Shown here: positions 36,347 through 41,955 of the stretch, piece by piece
Layout: every line of letters starts with the position of its first letter
Numbering within the stretch: the stretch's first letter is position 1
Virus record (IMG/VR): IMGVR_UViG_3300025133_000004
Location: 1-53,281 of that record
DNA: 53,281 bases
Direction: 5' to 3' (one strand)
Source of the DNA: a virus
Notes under the pieces: model-generated
Database searches by the model: none
Seen by the model: only the letters and a program-made list of their open reading frames with translations
Told to the model about the DNA's origin: nothing
Program-made: the position numbers and the translations under genes

Positions 36347-36968
36347 TATATTCTCCAGTTAAATAAGTGTAATGTAATTCAGACACATGGTTGCCATCAA
36401 CAAAATCTTTAGGATACTTACTTGCTATCATTGAACACCAAGAGTTCCATAGATTTTCTGTACCATAATCGTGGCACAGTGTAATATATTTTTCTATCCT
36501 GCGTCTGTTATTTTCTTTTGCTTTTTTACCTGTAAGTTTCTTGTTATATTTCAACAGGTTAATATCAACACCATAAGTTTTAATGTTATGTACATCCATA
36601 CATCCAACCAAACCCGCTACAAGTTGACATACAAAGCCTGCTTTGGCTATTCCTAAACCCGGAATTTTTAGAAAGATTTTCATTAACGATACTGCTTGAG
36701 CATGAGGCGTAAGGTTTTTAGAATTTATTACTGCCATCATTTGTCCATAAATAAAATACTTATGTATTGTCATATAGTTAAAAGCAAACTGTTTACTACC
36801 CCATATATATTTAGAGTTTGATTTGTTTATCAACATATCAAACAACATACTACCAACCAATGACCATTTTTGTTGTATGCTTAATGATACCATCATAACA
36901 ACTAAAAAGAAATTGTCTGGATTTCTTTGAGCAAAAGAATTTATTTTTGGATTGTGTACTTTAAACAT
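36327..36968 (-). CDS. hypothetical protein (213 aa) with a helix-hairpin-helix-like motif
   Basis: Track ORF. IPGLGIAKAGFVCQL resembles an HhH motif (weak). Confidence 0.55.
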   Translation of the reverse strand: MFKVHNPKINSFAQRNPDNFFLVVMMVSLSIQQKWSLVGSMLFDMLINKSNSKYIWGSKQFAFNYMTIHKYFIYGQMMAVINSKNLTPHAQAVSLMKIFLKIPGLGIAKAGFVCQLVAGLVGCMDVHNIKTYGVDINLLKYNKKLTGKKAKENNRRRIEKYITLCHDYGTENLWNSWCSMIASKYPKDFVDGNHVSELHYTYLTGEYNDNIKE

Positions 36969-37095
36969 TCTTAACTCTCCTACGATTCATAGTTCTTATT
37001 AGATAATGTGTATAACAATTTGCACACCATAACAATCCATTTGTGGTGACAACAGCTTTACATTCTTTACATATAGAACACTTAGAATCAGACAT
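36961..37095 (-). CDS. unlisted small ORF, 44 aa, zinc-ribbon-like
   Basis: Hand translation gives MSDSKCSICKECKAVVTTNGLLWCANCYTHYLIRTMNRRRVKNV, with CxxC...CxxC. Overlaps both neighbours. Confidence 0.5.
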   Translation of the reverse strand: MSDSKCSICKECKAVVTTNGLLWCANCYTHYLIRTMNRRRVKNV

Positions 37096-37330
37096 ACCAT
37101 TCTCCTATAATTTCAACTGGCTCCTCAGTTTCAATCCATACCTTTGCACCACAAGATAATGGTTTATCAGGACTATAAATAACTTTACCGTTAGTAAAAT
37201 TAACTTCATTACATTTTCTGTTTTGTTTGTAATCCTTTACAGTTAATACAGCTTTGTTATCTCCTTTAGCATTAGCTTTAATGTTGTGTTGGTTTACATG
37301 AATATAAGTTTTCATTAGGCTTGCCCCCAT
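37088..37330 (-). CDS. hypothetical protein (80 aa)
   Basis: Track ORF in the operon. Confidence 0.5.
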   Translation of the reverse strand: MGASLMKTYIHVNQHNIKANAKGDNKAVLTVKDYKQNRKCNEVNFTNGKVIYSPDKPLSCGAKVWIETEEPVEIIGEWYV

Positions 37331-37521
37331 TTATATCTTAAAGGATCTACATCTTGGTTAATAAAAGTAGAATCACAGATACTCATTTCTTTAAGTTCAT
37401 ACTCAGTATCAAAATCTTCTTTCATTTTATTTTTTATAAAAATCGCGTTGTCTTTATTAATATAGCAAGAATCTGGAAGATAAGTATCTGCTTTCTTTAA
37501 TACTAATATATATATTTTCAT
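37315..37521 (-). CDS. hypothetical protein (68 aa)
   Basis: Track ORF, first gene after the internal terminator. Confidence 0.5.
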   Translation of the reverse strand: MKIYILVLKKADTYLPDSCYINKDNAIFIKNKMKEDFDTEYELKEMSICDSTFINQDVDPLRYKWGQA

Positions 37522-37531
37522 AATATTTTCC

Positions 37532-37560
37532 TTAAAAAGAGGGGGCTTTTACACCCCCTA
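37532..37560 (-). terminator. rho-independent terminator or attenuator inside the leftward arm
   Basis: On the minus strand: AGGGGG-TGTAAAAG-CCCCCT stem-loop followed by CTTTTTAAGG. Confidence 0.6.
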
Positions 37561-37580
37561 AAGTACTACCACCACACAAG

Positions 37581-38573
37581 TTATGCTGCTATTGTAAATC
37601 CTAAACTATCATTATCTAAAACCTTTTGTATTCTCTTGCCTCTATGTTGTTGGATACCTGCAACATTTGTTGACTTACCTCTAACATGAGTAGCCCAATC
37701 AGTAAGTGTATTGTAAACACCCCAAAGATTAGAACCTAATACACCACGATAATGAGTGTTCCACTTGTCCCACAAATACATAAGATTTCTTGAGTGTTTA
37801 ATTTCTTTTCTATCAAATAAATACTCACCCCTGATAGTTAGAAAAAGTCCTCTGTCTCCACCAAATTCACTGTGAGCCATGTGTTGTTGCACTATACCTT
37901 TAAGCTCAGAATTTTCTAAAACTTCTGTAAAGATTAATAATGCTTTGTAATCATCTACACTAGTACCATACCACTCATGCCATAGTTCTGATTGTTGCAT
38001 AAATATTGGGATAGCTCTAGTAATTACATCAGCAGCATGAGCAATATCTAAGTGTCTGTTATGCCTAGATTTATATAGCGTAGCAGAATTACTAGTAAAT
38101 ATTTGCCCATTAAAACAAGCTCCTTGTACTGCTCCGGCTGAAGTAATGTAAGGCCATGAACCATTAAAACTATTGATGGCTAAGAATTTTAAATGTGCGC
38201 TATCACCATCGGGAGTAGTTATAGAATGATTAGGTAACTCATGAGTAACAAAAGATCGTTTACCTGTAGCATCTAATCTTATAGTTTCTATTACAGAACT
38301 GTCAGCTAAACCTGACCGAGCTATAATATCTCTTTGATTATCTATCATATCTTTATGTGATAAAGGTTTATAAGAATCACTGTGTATCCCTAATACAACA
38401 CCATTATCATCATTTACACTAGCAAATTTATTAGGAATGCGAGTGCCATCTTCAAGATAAAGTGGTGAATACTCTACAGGAAAGTCAGCTCCATCATAAC
38501 TTAATCCACGTAGTGCCAAGTTAGCTTCTTGTTGTGCAGTTGTATTTAAAGTTGTTACGTTGTTGTATTGCAT
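37581..38573 (-). CDS. DUF932/DUF945-like protein (phage/plasmid TIGR03299-type)
   Basis: NKFASVNDDNGVVLGIHSDSYKPLSHKDMID matches the characteristic N-terminal pattern of this family. Size is 330 aa. Confidence 0.65.
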   Translation of the reverse strand: MQYNNVTTLNTTAQQEANLALRGLSYDGADFPVEYSPLYLEDGTRIPNKFASVNDDNGVVLGIHSDSYKPLSHKDMIDNQRDIIARSGLADSSVIETIRLDATGKRSFVTHELPNHSITTPDGDSAHLKFLAINSFNGSWPYITSAGAVQGACFNGQIFTSNSATLYKSRHNRHLDIAHAADVITRAIPIFMQQSELWHEWYGTSVDDYKALLIFTEVLENSELKGIVQQHMAHSEFGGDRGLFLTIRGEYLFDRKEIKHSRNLMYLWDKWNTHYRGVLGSNLWGVYNTLTDWATHVRGKSTNVAGIQQHRGKRIQKVLDNDSLGFTIAA

Positions 38574-38595
38574 GGTGTTTCTCCAGTTGTATAAA

Positions 38596-38859
38596 TTAAT
38601 AATCTTCTAAGTAACCAATCCTTTTATTTGAATCGTCCTTTACTACCACTATAAAATAACCCCCATCATTTTTATTATACTCTACATTATAAATATAATC
38701 GGGGTGATAATGATACTTCATTGCTTCGTAAGCACTTTTTAAATTGCTAAAACGAACTTCTTTTTCTTTTATATCAGGCACTTCTTGTATTGGAGTACCT
38801 TCATAATCTATATATCCATTGCTATCTGCCCCACTCATTTTAATGTAACTCCTTATCAT
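38596..38859 (-). CDS. hypothetical early protein (87 aa)
   Basis: Track ORF in the operon. Confidence 0.5.
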   Translation of the reverse strand: MIRSYIKMSGADSNGYIDYEGTPIQEVPDIKEKEVRFSNLKSAYEAMKYHYHPDYIYNVEYNKNDGGYFIVVVKDDSNKRIGYLEDY

Positions 38860-39100
38860 CTTCGGTAACTAAAACAAAATTTTCTGCTGCTATTTGAAAC
38901 TTTTCTTTATCCCATTCTTCATCTTCTATAATTTTATTTACTAAACTCTGCATAGCTAATGAACCATTTATAATACTAATTTCAGCTTTACCTAAAATTA
39001 ATGCTATCAATGTCTTAGCTCTCATTATTTCTTCTAGCATTTCATCAGACTCTTCAGTATCTTTAGCTTCTATTTTTTTAAACTCAATTACATCACCCAT
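38840..39100 (-). CDS. hypothetical highly acidic early protein (86 aa)
   Basis: Track ORF with GGAGGAAATAAA before the ATG. Roughly a quarter of the residues are D/E. Confidence 0.55.
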   Translation of the reverse strand: MGDVIEFKKIEAKDTEESDEMLEEIMRAKTLIALILGKAEISIINGSLAMQSLVNKIIEDEEWDKEKFQIAAENFVLVTEDDKELH

Positions 39101-39151
39101 TTTATTTCCTCCATTAATTTAACAAATGTATTATGATCTAAATCTTCCATA

Positions 39152-39460
39152 CTAATATGCCTCCTTCCAATTTTTAGGTAGTGATTTTCTTTTAGTTGAA
39201 ACACAATACCAATACCAAGCATGGTTTTTAGCAGCGTTCCAATATCTATTATGTAAAATTCTTTTACCTTCTTTCAGAGATTTTTTAATAACCTTACCGC
39301 CAAAAGTAACTTTAAAGTATATCCACTTTCTACCTATTCTAACACTGTGCATTCTTTGACCATCATTTAAATTAATATCTAAAGTAAATTTGTCTCCCAT
39401 TTTTGGTTCAGTTAATTGTGTTTTATTATTTAAAATGTTAATGCTTGTAATTGTAGTCAT
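39152..39460 (-). CDS. hypothetical basic early protein (102 aa, shortened start)
   Basis: An internal ATG at 39458-39460 is preceded by AGGAGGTAAC. The longer track ORF (to 39589) would overlap the upstream gene in another frame. Confidence 0.55.
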   Translation of the reverse strand: MTTITSINILNNKTQLTEPKMGDKFTLDINLNDGQRMHSVRIGRKWIYFKVTFGGKVIKKSLKEGKRILHNRYWNAAKNHAWYWYCVSTKRKSLPKNWKEAY

Positions 39461-39461
39461 G

Positions 39462-39728
39462 TTACCTCCTGTAATTTTTAGGGTAGTTATCTTGCCACCA
39501 TGTCCATTCAGGCATAGACCTATCTGTTGGTGGGATTTCTTTAATTGTACCTCCTGTTTTAAAGAACTCCTCAATCTGAGAAGCAACATTCAGGGGTTCT
39601 TTTGTTTTTACTTTGTCGGGGTTGTTGATTACCTCTTGATGGGCCATCAGTTTAGCTAGACCTGATGGGAAAGTGATGTGTTTCTCTCCGTTGATTTCGT
39701 TATAGGGCACCTTTAGTTTGTTGCTCAT
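39462..39728 (-). CDS. hypothetical early protein (88 aa, shortened start), first gene of the leftward operon
   Basis: The ATG at 39726-39728 is preceded by AAGGAGATTGCAAG. The longer track ORF would include the promoter. Confidence 0.55.
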   Translation of the reverse strand: MSNKLKVPYNEINGEKHITFPSGLAKLMAHQEVINNPDKVKTKEPLNVASQIEEFFKTGGTIKEIPPTDRSMPEWTWWQDNYPKNYRR

Positions 39729-39777
39729 CTTGCAATCTCCTTGTTTTTCAGGCAGTTGGGTGGCTTTTGTGATGTTC

Positions 39778-39807
39778 AGCCTAGCACACTCTGGCACCCA
39801 GTGTCAA
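39778..39807 (-). promoter_or_regulatory. sigma70-type promoter of the leftward operon
   Basis: On the minus strand: TTGACA (39807-39802), 18-nt spacer, TAGGCT (39783-39778), about 50 nt upstream of the first ATG. Confidence 0.5.
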
Positions 39808-39817
39808 CCCCCCCTAA

Positions 39818-39840
39818 ATATATATTGGTTTAATATATAT
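39818..39840. promoter_or_regulatory. perfect 9-bp AT inverted repeat next to the -35 element
   Basis: ATATATATT-GGTTT-AATATATAT read directly. Candidate operator or UP-like element. Confidence 0.35.
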
Positions 39841-39875
39841 GGTGAAGGTTTAAATTTTTAGTTACTGATTATTAC

Positions 39876-39901
39876 AATAAAAAATGGAACATCCTTGTTC
39901 C
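39876..39901 (-). terminator. short hairpin plus U-run (weak terminator or attenuator)
   Basis: On the minus strand: GGAACA-AGGA-TGTTCC followed by ATTTTTTATT. Confidence 0.3.
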
Positions 39902-39932
39902 TAATACTACTACAGGAATTTATTTAACTCTT

Positions 39933-40000
39933 TAATTTTCGGTCAACGCTATTTAAATTTTCGGTCCACTTCAATACAAATATTTTTAATTTCGGACTAC
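39933..40000. repeat. three direct iteron-like repeats AATTT(T)CGG(T/A)C(A/C/T)AC
   Basis: taattttcggtcaac (39933-39947), aaattttcggtccac (39955-39969) and ttaatttcggactac (39986-40000). On the minus strand the first reads TTGACC-18 nt-TAAATT, which is promoter-like. Confidence 0.55.
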
Positions 40001-40016
40001 ATAAATCTAATCACTG

Positions 40017-40060
40017 CAAAAAAAAATAAACTCTCTTAATTCAATTAAGAACTAAGAGAG
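40017..40060 (-). terminator. rho-independent terminator of the 68-aa gene
   Basis: On the minus strand: CTCTCTTA...TAAGAGAG stem followed by TTTATTTTTTTTT, directly after the stop at 40070. Confidence 0.7.
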
Positions 40061-40069
40061 CTTAGTAAG

Positions 40070-40276
40070 TTACTTAACTCTAGAGATTAAACCTTTTGAG
40101 ATAGTAACTTCAGCGTAAAATTCTCGCTTAAAACCAGTGATGTGAGGTCGGTTAGAGCCATAAATTACTTTATTAGGAGCATATTCTTCTCCGAATATTG
40201 AAGTCTCTGTGTAATTCAGTGGCTCACCGACCGCCTCGGCTAAAACTTTTTTAGTAGGATAATTTAAAACTAACAT
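40070..40276 (-). CDS. hypothetical protein (68 aa), stand-alone cassette
   Basis: Track ORF with AGGAGAACATT before the ATG and its own terminator. Confidence 0.6.
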   Translation of the reverse strand: MLVLNYPTKKVLAEAVGEPLNYTETSIFGEEYAPNKVIYGSNRPHITGFKREFYAEVTISKGLISRVK

Positions 40277-40380
40277 AATGTTCTCCTGTAGTGAGTAAAA
40301 TTTTTTGAGTCCTTCACCCGCTGAGGGCGAACAAAAATTTTACGGTAGGAGAACATTATGTGCAAGTAAATTATCCTACA
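40252..40380. repeat. imperfect palindrome 1: mirror copy of the RBS, start codon and first ~12 codons of the 68-aa gene
   Basis: Left-arm blocks aggataattta, acataatgttctcct and taaaattttt recur as reverse complements at 40331-40380. A GC-rich apical hairpin sits at about 40311-40330. Confidence 0.8.
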
Positions 40381-40433
40381 ATAAAATAAAAAAAAATAAA
40401 AAAAAACTCAAAACCTTTTTATAACATATAAAT

Positions 40434-40462
40434 AAAAAAATCCCCGCTATAAAGCAGGGATT
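40434..40462 (-). terminator. rho-independent terminator of the 129-aa gene
   Basis: On the minus strand: AATCCCTGC-TTTATA-GCGGGGATT followed by TTTTTTATTT. Confidence 0.7.
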
Positions 40463-40480
40463 CTTTGACTTCTAAGATGA

Positions 40481-40870
40481 TTAAAATGCAGGTAAACCAT
40501 CTCTCTTGTAGCGCTTCATAACTTTAGGCTGAAGCTTTAGCTTCGTGCTTGTAAGTTTCTTGGGAAACATTCCACTGAACTTAACTGATGAAAAATGCTT
40601 ACGGGGATTTCCATCATATCCAAGGATGGTCTTTCCCTCTGAATCCTTCATCTCTACGATGCATTCAGAACCTATCAGACCCAAGAAGCGTTTGTAACAA
40701 ATGCCTCTCATTGAAAGAGGAATACTTACTTCATCCTCTAAAGTTACATTCAACTGATACGCTGCGGGTTTTGCAACGGTGTTCCAATCAAGAGTAGTGT
40801 CTTGAGTGTCTGCTCCGTTGGCACGAATTAACTCAAGTTTATCTTGAGTTGTGTTAGGTTGTTTAGCCAT
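40481..40870 (-). CDS. hypothetical protein (129 aa, shortened start), stand-alone cassette
   Basis: The ATG at 40868-40870 (MAKQPNTTQDK...) is preceded by CAGGAGAAACACT. The longer track ORF (to 40996) runs through the leader hairpin. Confidence 0.6.
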   Translation of the reverse strand: MAKQPNTTQDKLELIRANGADTQDTTLDWNTVAKPAAYQLNVTLEDEVSIPLSMRGICYKRFLGLIGSECIVEMKDSEGKTILGYDGNPRKHFSSVKFSGMFPKKLTSTKLKLQPKVMKRYKRDGLPAF

Positions 40871-40984
40871 AGTGTTTCTCCTGTAGTGGCTAGTGGATTT
40901 AGCGGAGAGATTTTTTATCCCCCTCACACTTGCAGGGGGGCAATGAAAAATATTGGAGCGCTTTAAATCCACTAGGCTCTTCAG

Positions 40985-41372
40985 GTCTAGAAACACTTGA
41001 GCTAGACGGCCTGACGCGGCTCTTAGATGAACTAAGTTAATTCGGGCGCAGACACTCTTAGACCTACGTTGAATTGGGAGATTGTTGCAGGCAGCGTATC
41101 ATGCTCGTTTAATGTAACTTTAGACGCTTGGATGAAGTAACAGTTATTTCTCTATGAGAGGCATTTGTAATGCTTCTTGGGTTGCATTGATAGGTTCAAT
41201 CGTAGAGAGCTTTGAAGGATGGGAAAGCCCATTTGGATAGTACTGATGGAAATGTAAGCATTGGCTTTGAAGAGGTTAAGTTCGTTCTGTTTAATGTTAG
41301 AAACTTACAAGCAATCTTGCCTAATATGAAGTGTGGAGAAAGAGATGGTGCCCTTACCTGCTTTTGAATCTT
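40985..41372 (+). pseudogene. degenerate plus-strand mirror copy of the 129-aa gene (no intact ORF)
   Basis: Aligns block-wise to the reverse complement of 40481-40870 with many frame-breaking indels. The start codon position reads TTG AGC. The terminator-like hairpin at 41387-41411 has lost most of its U-tract. Confidence 0.5.
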
Positions 41373-41441
41373 AGAAGTTGTATTAGAATCCCTACACTTT
41401 GGGCGGGGATTTTTGAGATTTGTATGTTATATATTAATAAA

Positions 41442-41641
41442 CTCCATAGGATAATTGTGGTTGAAGTTATTAATTAAATAAATTATTGAAATCTTTGAAG
41501 TTCTCCAGAGTTTTAAAATAACTCTACATACTCAGGAGTTTCTGTAATACTTTGGAAACCTGATGTTGAAATCTTGGGAGAACTTCAAAGTTCCTCAAGT
41601 CTTTTACATACAAATCTTCAACCACACTTTCTAGAATGGAG
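41442..41641. repeat. imperfect palindrome 3 / candidate multi-stem structured element without an ORF
   Basis: Paired blocks are ctccat/atggag, tgtggttgaag (41456-41466)/cttcaaccaca (41616-41626) and ctttgaagttctcc (41493-41506)/ggagaacttcaaag (41577-41590). Two local hairpins lie inside. Confidence 0.7.
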
Positions 41642-41723
41642 CAATCTTAGAATTCTACATTGACCTCCAGAGTTCTTAGAGGGTACGCAGAAGCCCCATA
41701 CCCCCCACTAGGGTATATTGTAG

Positions 41724-41752
41724 TTGACATACATTTTATGGTGATTTATAGT
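41724..41752 (+). promoter_or_regulatory. sigma70-type promoter (rightward)
   Basis: TTGACA (41724-41729), 17-nt spacer, TATAGT (41747-41752). Confidence 0.55.
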
Positions 41753-41900
41753 GTAAACTAGTTAGCGCGGGAACTTTAAAGACTTCAAAGGGTCTTTAGG
41801 GGAGGGATGTTGTATTTACTAGGTACGTTAAGGACGGGGGGTGGTTATGTGATGTAGTGAACCTCGGTGGGTTCTATAGTATTATACACCCAAATTACAG

Positions 41901-41925
41901 TTTTGTCAATATGCACTTGACAAAA
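41901..41925. promoter_or_regulatory. perfect 9-bp inverted repeat overlapping the -35 element (candidate operator)
   Basis: TTTTGTCAA-tatgcac-TTGACAAAA read directly. Confidence 0.45.
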
Positions 41926-41945
41926 GCTCAAAATGACTGTATAAT
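41917..41945 (+). promoter_or_regulatory. consensus sigma70 promoter immediately upstream of terS
   Basis: TTGACA (41917-41922), 17-nt spacer, TATAAT (41940-41945). The terS ATG lies at 41956. Confidence 0.7.
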
Positions 41946-41955
41946 ACTGTATATT

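Larger units (their letters stand above)
40434..41414. repeat. imperfect palindrome 2 (about 980 bp, axis near 40930): intact gene cassette mirrored by a degenerate copy
   Basis: Reverse-complement blocks, for example 40697-40711 with 41154-41168, 40737-40750 with 41111-41124, and 40546-40560 with 41299-41313. The mirrored region runs from the RBS to the terminator hairpin. Confidence 0.85.

Noticed and set aside
39933-40433. CRISPR-like array or satellite (short direct repeats at 39933-40000; A-runs at 40381-40433)
   Set aside because: There are only three short, imperfect repeats with irregular spacing and no spacer-like unique segments of constant length. The A-runs are simple homopolymer tracts.
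40871-40996. Long version of the 171-aa track ORF (40481..40996), and likewise 41857..41955, 39729..39797 and 39461..39589 as N-terminal extensions
   Set aside because: The extensions run through leader hairpins or promoters and lack RBSs. Internal ATGs with good SD sequences (or the promoter-adjacent ATG for terS) give compact, non-overlapping genes.
40434-41414. Diversity-generating retroelement (template/variable repeat pair) as an explanation for the two diverged copies
   Set aside because: No reverse transcriptase gene is present in the genome. The copies are inverted rather than direct. The differences are indels and block replacements rather than adenine-specific substitutions.
41690-41880. 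tRNA or other small RNA gene among the G-rich hairpins upstream of terS
   Set aside because: No cloverleaf with acceptor, D, anticodon and T arms could be drawn by eye. The hairpins are short, isolated and compatible with a 5' leader. tRNAscan-SE would settle it.
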